Shown here in pieces: positions 37,060 to 46,162 of a stretch of 64,000 nt of DNA. The notes under the pieces are model-generated. The model was not told the DNA's origin. It saw nothing but the letters and a program-made list of their open reading frames with translations, and made no database searches. Source of the stretch: Candidatus Eiseniibacteriota bacterium (lineage in GTDB: Bacteria > Eisenbacteria > RBG-16-71-46 > JABDJR01); NCBI GenBank assembly GCA_963783375.1, contig CAWANH010000029.1, positions 704,001-768,000 of the forward strand, written 5' to 3'. The first letter of the stretch is position 1, and every line of letters starts with the position of its first letter. The position numbers and the translations under genes are program-made.

Positions 37060-38048
37060 TTCGGGTCCTCTTCGTCCTCCTCCCCCACGGCCCGACGCAG
37101 GGAGAAGTTCTCCCGCCACAGATGATAGAGACCGAGCAGGGTGATGGGGACGAACTGGACCGCGTGATAGAAGAGGGCGTAGCTCAGGGCGACGCTTTCA
37201 CCGACCTTGAACAGCATGAGCCCGTACTTCGCCCCCACCTCGAAGGTGCCCACGAAACCGGGGCCCGAGGGGAGCATCACCGCCAGGGCGGTGAGCACCA
37301 CCATCACGATGCTGGCATGGAGAGGGATGTCCAGCCCGAAGGCCAGGAAAGACACGTAGTAACTGCCGGCCATGGCCAACCAGGTGGCCAGTGAGAGCAC
37401 GATGATCCATAACACGTGGCGGCCGCGGGAGAGAACCTCGAGGCCGTCCAGGAACCGGTGCATGAGGCCGTTGACCTTGATCTCAAGGGGATCGGGCAGG
37501 CGGGCGGTGAGGGAGTTGAACACCCGCATGGTGGCCGCGCGCTTCCAGCGCAGGAGGGCCATCACCGCGAACATGGCCACGCAGGCCACCAGGGCGACGT
37601 ATCCCGCCGCCTCGACCCACCGCGCGAAGGAGTACCGGAGCAGCATGACCCCCAGGAACAGGAGAATGGCCAGGAGATCGAATGCCCGCTCCACCACGAT
37701 GGTGGCGAACGCGCTGCTCTTGGAGACCCCGGAGTTCCGTCCCAGGGCGTAGGCCCGTACCAACTCGCCCAGGCGCATGGGAAGGATGTTGTTGGCCATG
37801 AAGCCGATCATGGTGGCGGAGTAGGCGTTGGCCAGCGTAACCCGCTTGACCGGCTCCAGCATGAGCTTCCACCGCAGGGCCCGGAGCCAGATCGAGAGCA
37901 GGGTAGCCAGGAACACCGGCACCGCCCACCAGAAGTTGGTCTTGCCCAGCACGTCCAGGACCTGGCGGGGGTGAATTCCCCGGAAGGCGATGTAGAGGCT
38001 GACCAGGGTGAAGATCGCCCCCACCGCGGTGATCCACCGTCGCTTCAT
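37056..38048 (-). CDS. Lysylphosphatidylglycerol synthase TM / UPF0104 flippase-like protein
   Basis: LRALRW, IGFMANNILP.RLGELVR, IVVERAFD and LPSGPG.VGTFE motifs. Confidence 0.88.
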   Translation of the reverse strand: MKRRWITAVGAIFTLVSLYIAFRGIHPRQVLDVLGKTNFWWAVPVFLATLLSIWLRALRWKLMLEPVKRVTLANAYSATMIGFMANNILPMRLGELVRAYALGRNSGVSKSSAFATIVVERAFDLLAILLFLGVMLLRYSFARWVEAAGYVALVACVAMFAVMALLRWKRAATMRVFNSLTARLPDPLEIKVNGLMHRFLDGLEVLSRGRHVLWIIVLSLATWLAMAGSYYVSFLAFGLDIPLHASIVMVVLTALAVMLPSGPGFVGTFEVGAKYGLMLFKVGESVALSYALFYHAVQFVPITLLGLYHLWRENFSLRRAVGEEDEEDPK

Positions 38049-38152
38049 CGCTCGCCCTCCGGGGCCTCGGCGGGGGGTGCGGGGGCGCCCGGACGGGGGC
38101 CGACCGCCGCGGTCCGGACGGTGCGCCCGGCGGTCATGAAGCCTTCGATCAT
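38045..38152 (-). CDS. 35-aa micro-ORF bridging two genes
   Basis: MIEGFMTAGRTVRTAAVGPRPGAPAPPAEAPEGER*; AAAGGAG RBS; ATGA overlaps at both ends. Confidence 0.35.
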   Translation of the reverse strand: MIEGFMTAGRTVRTAAVGPRPGAPAPPAEAPEGER

Positions 38153-39729
38153 CGGTCTCCTTTCGGGCCGCGGCCGACCAGGATCGGCCCCAGCCAACTC
38201 CAGGCCGGAGGATCGACCCGGCGAATCAACGATCGCTCCTCGGGTCCCAGGACCCGGAAGATCCGGAGTCCCACCACGAACACCCCGACCCCGAGCATCA
38301 CCAGGCCCAGGAACGCGACCGGACCCCCGATCCGGGAGCGGAGCGGCCATAACAAAAGCATGGAACCGGACGCCGCGTAAATCCGAAGCAGAAATCCCCA
38401 GGGAAGTCGGAGGCGGATCCCCAGTCGCCGGAGCGCCCAGAGGTAGGGCAGGGGCGAGAAGAGGATCACCACCGAGACCGGGATCACCGCGCCCCAGAGC
38501 CCGAATCGGGGGATAAGGGCCAGGTCCAGGCCCACGTTCACGGCGGCGTTCACCACGTAGATGACCAGGGCGATCCAGGGACGCTCCACCACGTAGAGCA
38601 CCATGCCCAAGGGGGCCGAGAAGAAGGAGATGCTGAAGATCACGAAGAAGACCTGGCAGATGATCCCCGAGGGTCCGAAGTCCGGGTAGAGAATGCGAAT
38701 GGCCAGGTCCCCCACCAGGAGCCCGCCCATCGAGAGCGGAGCCACCAGGAAGAACAACAGCTTGTAGTAGGCGATCGCGGTGCGCTGCAGGGCGTCCCGG
38801 TCGCGGGTATAGACCTCGGAGAATCCCGCCATCACCAGGGGCCAGATGGCTCCGGGCACGAATTCCAGGATCATCTGGGGGAACCGGTAGGCCAGGTCGA
38901 AGAAGCCGGCTTCCTCGGCCCCGCGGAAGTGACCCAGGAAGAGCACCTCGCTCTGCCGCCAGGTGATGAGGTTCAGGAGCCCGATGGCCAGGAAGGGAAT
39001 GGAGTACTTCACCACGATGGAGAATCCGGCCGGAGTCGAGGCGCCGCCGGGCTCCGCGCCGGTTTCGGGGCCGGGACCGCCCCGGGCCGCGGCCGCCGCC
39101 CCGGCCTCGGCGAGGTAGGCGGGGGTCCGCCGGAGGAGCCACATCGCGAGCACGGCGTTGGAGGCCGCCGCGGCCACCAGGACTCCGGCCACCCGGGCTC
39201 CGGCGTGGAGCAGCCAGGCCACCAGCCCCACGTACACCAGGGTGGAAATCACCACGGCAAGGCTCACGCTCCGGGAGTCGTAGTGGGTGTTGGCCACCTG
39301 GGTGGCGGTGTTCCCCAGCACCTCGGGGAGGAGGAGCGCCACCCCCAGGACCAGGAGCCCGGCCACCGCGGGGTTGGCGATGTCGCCGATCCAGGAACGG
39401 AAGAGAAAGAACAAACCGAGAAGCACCAGCCACAGGAACGTCTGGATGCCGAAGACCGCGAAGAGCATGCCTCGAAGCCGTCCGCGCTCCCCGGCCAGGC
39501 GCCAGGTGGGTACGTACCGGAGAAGCCCCTGGGTGAGGCCGGCTCCCACCACGATGGCCACGAAGGCGAGGCTGGTGCGGATGACGGCCAGAATGCCGTA
39601 TTCGTAGGCGCCGAGGCCTCGGACCACGAGCACGGAGCCGAAAAGGCCCAGCACCATGCGGGCGATCCGCGCCACCACCCCCCAGCCCAGGGCGCCGCCC
39701 AGCCTTCGAACGTGATCCCGTTCGCTCAC
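38149..39729 (-). CDS. wzx: Oligosaccharide flippase (Wzx/MOP family)
   Basis: R.LG...YG, G....L.RY, LG.F....EAG.F..A.R and N..L...LIPRFG.WGA motifs; ~14 TM helices. Confidence 0.85.
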   Translation of the reverse strand: MSERDHVRRLGGALGWGVVARIARMVLGLFGSVLVVRGLGAYEYGILAVIRTSLAFVAIVVGAGLTQGLLRYVPTWRLAGERGRLRGMLFAVFGIQTFLWLVLLGLFFLFRSWIGDIANPAVAGLLVLGVALLLPEVLGNTATQVANTHYDSRSVSLAVVISTLVYVGLVAWLLHAGARVAGVLVAAAASNAVLAMWLLRRTPAYLAEAGAAAAARGGPGPETGAEPGGASTPAGFSIVVKYSIPFLAIGLLNLITWRQSEVLFLGHFRGAEEAGFFDLAYRFPQMILEFVPGAIWPLVMAGFSEVYTRDRDALQRTAIAYYKLLFFLVAPLSMGGLLVGDLAIRILYPDFGPSGIICQVFFVIFSISFFSAPLGMVLYVVERPWIALVIYVVNAAVNVGLDLALIPRFGLWGAVIPVSVVILFSPLPYLWALRRLGIRLRLPWGFLLRIYAASGSMLLLWPLRSRIGGPVAFLGLVMLGVGVFVVGLRIFRVLGPEERSLIRRVDPPAWSWLGPILVGRGPKGDR

Positions 39730-40880
39730 TCCCCCTCCTCCAGCCGTCGGCGGAGCGCGGGGAGGACCGCGGTGATGTGGTCGCGTTCGAGGGGCACCTC
39801 GCGATCGGACAGGAAGCACGCGTCCGAGGTGGGATGTTCGGGGGTGTAGCCGTGCATGGCGGTGATCGGCTCCGAGCCCATGTCGCTGGGGAGGATCAAC
39901 ACCCCCGGATCGACGAGGAAGATCAGGTCGCCGTAGGCGCGGTCCGGAAACCCCACCCCCCAGCGATCGAGGGTCTCGGGGTCCAGCACCATCCCCCACT
40001 CCAGGCGGTTCAGCGCCGCGCGCAGCGTCGCGGGGTCCCCGACGTCCCAGAACCGGGCCACGGTGGAGTCGAAGAAACCCTCGAAGTCCCGGCCGCGGCG
40101 GAGGCCGGCCCCGGCCAGGTCGCCGAGGATGTCGCGGTGCTCGGTCACCCGGGTCATGCCGTGGTCGGAAAAGAGGCTGATACGCACCGGTCCCAGGGTC
40201 TCCATCCGCGCGATGAGATCCTCCACCCCCCCCGCGAGGGTGTCCAGGGTCCGGTCGAGCTCCGGGCTCTCCGGACCCGCCCGGTGCTGCACGGCGTCGA
40301 TCTCGGTGAGGTACAGGAGCACCGTCCGCGGGTCCCCGGCCTCCACCGCCTCCACCGCACGCGCCAGCTTCACTTTGTCCGGAACCCGCCAGTCCGAAAC
40401 GTGGTAAGGCTCCCCCCGTCGCTCCAGCTCGTCCACCAGGCTGGGGGTCCGGGGAAAGGCCCCGGGCGCCCAGGTATCGTGCACCTCCACCGGTTCCAGC
40501 CCGGGGAGCACCCGCATGGGAACGTTGTATAGGCTAAAATACCCTCTTATTTTAGCTTTTTTTCTCCAATACTCCTGCAGACGGACGCGCACCCGCCAGC
40601 TGTCCCGGATGCGGCCGGGGAGCCGGGCCACCAGCGCGGCTTCCCGGAAGGGCGAGGAGCCGGACGCCCGGCGGTAGAGAAACCAGTGTCCGTGCTCCAC
40701 CGGCATCGATCCGGTGAGGAGCGAGGGCACCGCGGTGCTGGAATAGCCGAAGACGGTGGTGAGCCGGCGGCGGAACGGGAGACGCCCGGCCATGAAGCCG
40801 GTCCGCTCCACGGTCAACCACCCCAGAGCGTCCACCAGAAGCACGAGGTTCCGGGCCGGTCCCGCCCCTAGGGATGCCAT
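39726..40880 (-). CDS. Alkaline-phosphatase superfamily phosphodiesterase/NPP-like protein (no signal peptide)
   Basis: LVDALGW, GYSSTAVPSLLTG..P.EHG, D...H..GP, FSDHGM and MHGY.P metal-ligand motifs. Confidence 0.8.
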   Translation of the reverse strand: MASLGAGPARNLVLLVDALGWLTVERTGFMAGRLPFRRRLTTVFGYSSTAVPSLLTGSMPVEHGHWFLYRRASGSSPFREAALVARLPGRIRDSWRVRVRLQEYWRKKAKIRGYFSLYNVPMRVLPGLEPVEVHDTWAPGAFPRTPSLVDELERRGEPYHVSDWRVPDKVKLARAVEAVEAGDPRTVLLYLTEIDAVQHRAGPESPELDRTLDTLAGGVEDLIARMETLGPVRISLFSDHGMTRVTEHRDILGDLAGAGLRRGRDFEGFFDSTVARFWDVGDPATLRAALNRLEWGMVLDPETLDRWGVGFPDRAYGDLIFLVDPGVLILPSDMGSEPITAMHGYTPEHPTSDACFLSDREVPLERDHITAVLPALRRRLEEGE

Positions 40881-41962
40881 GCTCTTACCAGGTTCAGGGC
40901 TAGATCCCGCCAGGCGAGGGCGGCGGCCCGGTCGGCCGGACGCGGGGCGTAGAGATACCGGGGAAGACCCAGAAAGAACCGGTCCTCACGGGTGAGCCAG
41001 CTCCCCTCCCGGACCGAGCGCTTGAGCGCCCGAACCGCCTCGCGGGGACGCGCGGCCCGGCGACGGGCCCGGGCGCGGACCCGTCGTCGGTGTTCCCCCC
41101 AGTTCGGAAGCGCGGCGGCGAAGCGGACTTCCTCGGCGGCCCGAAAGCCCGCCCGATGATGGCTCTGGGCGGTTCGCCAGAGGAGCGCGGCCTCGCCCGG
41201 ACCGACCGGACGCGGGTCCCGGCGAAAGGCGGCCGCCCGCTCGTAGGCCTCTAGGAAACCGGGCTCGGCCCAGCTCCAGAGCTCCGGGCGGTCCCGGAGG
41301 GTGACCCGGCGAACCTGCTGGGAAAGATCGTAGGCGCGGGTCCTGAGCAACGCGGCGTCCCCCGCGGCCAGGACCGCCTTGTGGGCCGCGATGACCGAGA
41401 ACCGCACTTCCCCGGAGTCCGACGCGGTGGGGCCTTCTCCCGGCGTCCCCTCGGGCCAGAGCCGAAGGGCGGCCCAGAGAAGGGCCATGCCCCGGTTCAG
41501 GAGCAGGCGGGATCCCTCGTCGGGGTCCAGATCCTCCCGGCGGAACCGGGGAAGTTCGATTCGCGCCCCCTCGCGAACCCAGAGCCGGCGATGCCCCTCG
41601 CCGAGTTCATACCAGAAGAGGCTCGGCGGCGCATCGACCAGGTCGCGGGGAGTCGCCGTCCCGAGATCCACGAAGTCGATTTCCAGCTCGCGGGCCAGGC
41701 GGCGGGAAAGTTCGGCGTATCGCTCGGGCGAAGCGGGGGGCGAGGCGAAGACCAGGAGAAGATCGTAGTCGTTGAATCCCCGGAGGCCTCCGTCCTCGGC
41801 GCTCCGGACCGCACCCTCCCCCCGGGCGTATCCCCCCAGGAGGAAGATGCCTAGGAGCCGGTCGTCCGTCGCCGCGGCCCTCACCATCCCGGTGATCCGG
41901 TCGAGATCCCGGCTCACCCGCGCTTCGGCGGCGGGGCTGGCCAACGAGGTGAACGGTTTCAC
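40868..41962 (-). CDS. Pol-beta superfamily nucleotidyltransferase-like protein with a helical C-terminal domain
   Basis: hhLGGYARGEG, NDYDLLLV (DxD) and FVDLG (third Asp), followed by an alpha-helical domain; GTG start overlaps the GT2 stop. Confidence 0.65.
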   Translation of the reverse strand: MKPFTSLASPAAEARVSRDLDRITGMVRAAATDDRLLGIFLLGGYARGEGAVRSAEDGGLRGFNDYDLLLVFASPPASPERYAELSRRLARELEIDFVDLGTATPRDLVDAPPSLFWYELGEGHRRLWVREGARIELPRFRREDLDPDEGSRLLLNRGMALLWAALRLWPEGTPGEGPTASDSGEVRFSVIAAHKAVLAAGDAALLRTRAYDLSQQVRRVTLRDRPELWSWAEPGFLEAYERAAAFRRDPRPVGPGEAALLWRTAQSHHRAGFRAAEEVRFAAALPNWGEHRRRVRARARRRAARPREAVRALKRSVREGSWLTREDRFFLGLPRYLYAPRPADRAAALAWRDLALNLVRAWHP

Positions 41963-42774
41963 GGGCGCCCCCCGGCCACCACGCCGGCAAGCTGGGCCAG
42001 CCGATAGGCGGCGGCCCGCGGCCAGAGCTTCCCTCTCCCCTCGGCGGAGAGCCGGCGGGCGTCGCGCAGGGTCTGCTTGGGCCATCCCAGGAAAAGTGCC
42101 CCCCATCCCTCCTCGATCCCCTCCCGCTCCCGGCGCACCTGCGCCTCCTGCCGGCAGCGGCGGTAGACCGAACGGAGGGTGTAGGAGTGGGAATGAACTA
42201 CCGCGGCCCCGGGGACATAGACGATGTGCCGCCCTCGTCGCATCTGGGCCAACGCCCACAGCCGGTCCTCGGCGATGATCACCGATTCGTCGAAGGGCGT
42301 TTCCAGCCAGGCCGAGCGCCGGGCCGCGGAATTGACGTTGCTGTAGAGTGCGCCGGCCGCGCCTCGTTCCGGATAGCATCGTCCGAGTTCCCACGCCTCC
42401 AGGGCGAAGCACCCCGGGCGGGGGATCTGCCGGCCGAAGGCCGCGGCGACCCGCGGCTCGCCCAGGGGGCCGAGCATGGCGGAGAGCCATTCGGTTCCGA
42501 CGGGAAGGGCGTCCTGACTCAGCATGGCCACGATCTCCCCCTTGGCCTCGCGGAACCCCAGATTGGTGCTTCGGGCGTGAGTGAATGTACCGGGATCGAG
42601 ATGGATCACCCGGGCTCCGGCGCCTTGCGCCCGCTCCGCGGTGCCGTCGGTGGACCCGGAGTCCACCACCAGGATCTCCGCGGGAGAAACGCTTTGCCGC
42701 CCCAGTGTCTCCAGGAGGGGGTCCAGATACGAGCCCGCGTTCCGAGTGCGGAGGAGGACGGTGACCGAGGACAT
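41959..42774 (-). CDS. Glycosyltransferase family 2 (rhamnosyltransferase-like)
   Basis: VVDSGSTDGT, F.H....N.G, LSQDA.P, GRQ.P, SNVNSA, AED and V.HSH motifs. Confidence 0.88.
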   Translation of the reverse strand: MSSVTVLLRTRNAGSYLDPLLETLGRQSVSPAEILVVDSGSTDGTAERAQGAGARVIHLDPGTFTHARSTNLGFREAKGEIVAMLSQDALPVGTEWLSAMLGPLGEPRVAAAFGRQIPRPGCFALEAWELGRCYPERGAAGALYSNVNSAARRSAWLETPFDESVIIAEDRLWALAQMRRGRHIVYVPGAAVVHSHSYTLRSVYRRCRQEAQVRREREGIEEGWGALFLGWPKQTLRDARRLSAEGRGKLWPRAAAYRLAQLAGVVAGGRP

Positions 42775-42784
42775 GACGCGTTCG

Positions 42785-43615
42785 CTAGAGCCGACGATAG
42801 ATGAACTCGGGAATCACGTACTGCTGGCGGTTCATCACCACCCCCAGGATCACCGCGCGGTAGGACCTCAAGCGGTCCAGGGAGCGTTGAATGACCTCTC
42901 GTTTGGTCTTTCCCGAGCGCACGACCAGGATCACCCCGTCCACCGAATCGGCCAGGAGCGCGGTTTCCGGGGCGCTCAGCACGGGGGCCGCGTCCAGAAT
43001 CGCGTAGTGGTATTGCCCCCTGAGGTAGTTGATGAACGGCTGGACCCGGTCCGGCGTACAGAGCGCGTAGGGATCGCTGGCCACCCCCTCGGAGGGAAGA
43101 ACGTCCAGATGTCCGAATTCGGTGGCGCGGACCGCATCCCGGGGCGGGACCCGGCCGGCCAGCACCGAAGCCAACCCGCTTCCCGGCTCCACCAACTCGA
43201 CCGGGCGCGCCTCGGCGTTCCGCATGTCCGCGTCCACCAGGGCCACCCGGAGACGGCCGTCCTCGCCCAGGAATTGGGCGAAGCGGGCGGCCACCGTGCT
43301 GGCTCCTTCACCCGGGACCGACCCGACGACCAGGAGCGTTCTCTGCGACGTATCGGGCAGGACCTGCTCGACGGATGCCCGGAGGCTCGAGAGCTCGCGG
43401 GCGAACTCCCCGCTCAGGATCGGGGGTTCGCCTCTCCCCGACGGCTGCGGGAAGTCCGCAGGGGGCGGCGGCGAGGGCGCCGCCCGGTCGCCCATCGGTT
43501 CCACCGGAGGCCCGGAAAGGGGGGCCGACCGGGTGCGCGGAGGTTCCTCGGTCCGTTCCGAACCCTCGGGACCGTCGTGGGCCGCCTTGCGAAGCGCGTC
43601 GTAGATCTTGCTCAT
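42785..43615 (-). CDS. CpsD/CapB-family tyrosine-kinase-like protein (Walker A Lys->Ala)
   Basis: MSKIYDAL N-terminus, GEGAST (expected GEGKS/T), LVDADMR, ILDAAPV, DGVILVV and GVVMN motifs; tail YVIPEFIYRRL. Confidence 0.85.
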   Translation of the reverse strand: MSKIYDALRKAAHDGPEGSERTEEPPRTRSAPLSGPPVEPMGDRAAPSPPPPADFPQPSGRGEPPILSGEFARELSSLRASVEQVLPDTSQRTLLVVGSVPGEGASTVAARFAQFLGEDGRLRVALVDADMRNAEARPVELVEPGSGLASVLAGRVPPRDAVRATEFGHLDVLPSEGVASDPYALCTPDRVQPFINYLRGQYHYAILDAAPVLSAPETALLADSVDGVILVVRSGKTKREVIQRSLDRLRSYRAVILGVVMNRQQYVIPEFIYRRL

Positions 43616-43628
43616 GGGGGTCCTCGGG

Positions 43629-44987
43629 CTAGTGCCTCGACTCCGGCAGGGCGGCCAGCACCGGCAGCCCCAAGTGCTCCTCGACCTCGACCGGGCTTCG
43701 CAACGAGTGATCGAGGCTGTCCAGGAAGAAGGCCAGGAGGAGCCCCACCACCAGGCTCATGAGCGGGGCCAGGGCCATGCGGACGTAGTCGTTGGTCTTC
43801 TTGGCGTAGGGCGCGCTGGCCGGCGCGAGAAGCGTCACCGTGTAGTCCGGTGAGGTGGCCTGGTTCACCTGGGACAGGAGCTGCTTCGATTCCAGGTCCT
43901 GGAGTTCCTCCCGTTTGAGCTTGATCGAATTGTCCAGCCGGTCGAGCTGCAGCGTGTATTGGGGGATGTTCACGACCTCCTTCCGGTACTTCGCGCTCTG
44001 CGTCTCGAGCTCCCGGGCCTGGGTCTCCTTTTCCTTGAGTTGGCTTTCGATGAGGCTGACGGTGGCGAGCACCTCTTTCCGGAGCATGGACTCGGCGCTG
44101 GTCAGGGACTCTTCGGCGGCCAGGAGCCGGGGGTGCTCGGGAGTCAGGGTGGCCGCGAGCTGGTCGCGCTCCAGACGCGCCTCCATCACCTTCTGCCTCA
44201 TCGCGTTCAACGTGTACACGTTCTCGAACTTGAGCTCGGTGAAGTAGGTGGCGTCGTAGTTTCCGGCCGCCACCAGATGCTTCGCGGTGGCCAGCTGCTG
44301 GCGGAGCACGGTCTCCTCGCCCTGTACCTCCATGAGATCGTGCTCGGCGCCGGAGAGAAGACGCGCCACTTCATCCTCACGGCTGGCCGAGCCCCCCGTC
44401 CCCACCTTGGCCAGGTAGGCCTCCTTCTCGTTCTCCAGCACTGCCAGGTCCTTCTGGCTCCGGGTGATCCGCTCCTGGAAGAAACTGGTGGCCTCGGGGA
44501 TGGATAGGGACTGTCGGCGGAAGATGGTATAGGCCTCGGTTACCGCGTCCGCGACCGGCCGGCAGACCGAGGCATCCTGGCTGGTGTAGCTGACATTGAT
44601 GACGTTGGACTCCCCGATCACCTCCGCCGATGTCCCTCCGCGATTGACCCGGATGGGGCGGCTCACCTTGCCGTCCCGATACCACTCGTCCAGGAGCTCC
44701 TGGGCCTGACGGGCCACCGGGTAGCTGGTGATCGTCTCCAGCTCCGAGGAGATCTCCTCCGACCAGGGCAGGATCCGCAGGTTCGGCTCCAGGGTGGTTT
44801 CCTTCCGCCCGCGCTCCACCCGGACCTTGGAGGTGGACCCGTAGGTGGTGGGGGTGCGCAGATCCAGCAGGAAGACCGAGAGCGTGGTCACCGCCACCAC
44901 GGTGATGATCACCCACTTCTGGCGGAAGATCACCGCCATCAGGTCGCGGACCGATGCCTGACGAGGTGAACCTGGTTGAGTTTCCAA
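43629..44987 (-). CDS. Polysaccharide co-polymerase / chain-length determinant (GumC/Wzc N-terminal type)
   Basis: N-terminal TM after RQKW, coiled coil with TPEHP, second TM and D.SLRSP.EVE..LGLPVLA.LP; TTG start. Confidence 0.88.
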   Translation of the reverse strand: METQPGSPRQASVRDLMAVIFRQKWVIITVVAVTTLSVFLLDLRTPTTYGSTSKVRVERGRKETTLEPNLRILPWSEEISSELETITSYPVARQAQELLDEWYRDGKVSRPIRVNRGGTSAEVIGESNVINVSYTSQDASVCRPVADAVTEAYTIFRRQSLSIPEATSFFQERITRSQKDLAVLENEKEAYLAKVGTGGSASREDEVARLLSGAEHDLMEVQGEETVLRQQLATAKHLVAAGNYDATYFTELKFENVYTLNAMRQKVMEARLERDQLAATLTPEHPRLLAAEESLTSAESMLRKEVLATVSLIESQLKEKETQARELETQSAKYRKEVVNIPQYTLQLDRLDNSIKLKREELQDLESKQLLSQVNQATSPDYTVTLLAPASAPYAKKTNDYVRMALAPLMSLVVGLLLAFFLDSLDHSLRSPVEVEEHLGLPVLAALPESRH

Positions 44988-45002
44988 ATCGATTGCCTCC
45001 GA

Positions 45003-45773
45003 CTACTGGCTGACCGGGGTCCTCACGATCGTGCCGTAGATATCTCCCGCGTGAAAAGCCTGCCACCCGGCCAGATACAGGCTCGGGATCGGGCTCAGCT
45101 TGCCGAAGAACTGATCCACGAAGCGGTCCAGTTTGGTGATGAACGTGGGCGGCACATAGAGAATGTCATTGGGGGCCAGGATCACGTCCTGAGCTCCGCG
45201 TTTGCCCTTGAGCACGGCGGCCAGATCGAGGCGCTCCGCCATCGCCTTCCCGGGCCCCGTCCTCCGGAGGAGGATCACGCTGCCCAGGCTGGACCCCTCT
45301 TTTGCACCGGCGGCCATGGCCAGGGCCTGAAGCGCGGTCATCCCGGGGCGCAGAGTGATGTCGAGAGGTCGATGAACCTCGCCCAGGACGTAGACCGCGG
45401 GGGGAGCGAAGTCGATGACGTTGACCGTGATCTCCGGGGCCTTGTAGTAGGTTGCGTAGGCCTGGGTGAGCATGCTGTCCACCTCGGCGGGAGTCAGCCC
45501 GGCCACCACCACGTCCCCCATGATCGGCAGCGCCACCCCCCCGTCCGGCCGCACCTTGACCCGGGTGGAAAGCTGGGGTTCGAAGAGAAACGAGATGTCG
45601 AGCTGATCATTGGTCGTGATGACGTAGCCCCGCTTCTCGGGTTGCGCCGCAACGAACGAAAGGACTTCGTTCCGATCCACCAGCTCCACCGAGGGAACTT
45701 TGGGACGGGCATGGCCGCACCCCATCCCCGAAAGGGCAAGCAGGACGGCCAGAATCATGGAACTGGTTCTCAT
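45003..45773 (-). CDS. wza: Outer-membrane polysaccharide export lipoprotein
   Basis: Lipobox LSGMGC, Y.I...D.L.I, VRPDG...LP..G, VYVLGEV..P, AL..A.G and L.P.DILYVP motifs. Confidence 0.88.
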   Translation of the reverse strand: MRTSSMILAVLLALSGMGCGHARPKVPSVELVDRNEVLSFVAAQPEKRGYVITTNDQLDISFLFEPQLSTRVKVRPDGGVALPIMGDVVVAGLTPAEVDSMLTQAYATYYKAPEITVNVIDFAPPAVYVLGEVHRPLDITLRPGMTALQALAMAAGAKEGSSLGSVILLRRTGPGKAMAERLDLAAVLKGKRGAQDVILAPNDILYVPPTFITKLDRFVDQFFGKLSPIPSLYLAGWQAFHAGDIYGTIVRTPVSQ

Positions 45774-46162
45774 GGCACTGGTTATCGTCCCCTTTTTCCG
45801 GGGCTGTAGCGTCTGGTTCATTTCGCCCATCCCAAGTCCTCTCCCGGGCCGGGTCGACCGGCCCTCCCGGCGTCCCGAGGACGGTCGGGGGAATCCAAAG
45901 CTCGATAACTGCTTAAACACCAACATGTTGACAATCCGGAACCCCTGAAGAGCTTCGTCTCCGAGCCCGGGTTGCGACCGGAAATCAGGAACGGATCACG
46001 GTAGGCGGGAGCCCGGAACGTCTCCGCTGGCCTCCGTCGCAAGACCGCCCTCGTCCGAGGCGTAGTTCCCCCTCCTTCATTCTCGGGGGGATCCTCAGAA
46101 CTTAACCACGGCTCGCGGCAGTACCTCCTCCGGGCTGGTAAGGGTAGGAATTCGGATAAATT

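Noticed and set aside
40530-40558. Palindrome as a chromosomal dif site
   Set aside because: One arm partly resembles the XerD arm (TTATTTTAGCT), but there is no XerC-like arm at 6-bp spacing and it lies inside a CDS. Kept only as an unexplained palindrome.
40868-41962. NTase as a CBASS CD-NTase or MNT-HEPN antitoxin
   Set aside because: There is no Cap effector, E1/E2/JAB or separate HEPN toxin nearby, and the gene is coupled to glycan genes on both sides.
45998-46010. CGGTAG as an ops/JUMPStart element upstream of wza
   Set aside because: It is on the wrong strand for the operon and is an incomplete match to GGCGGTAG.
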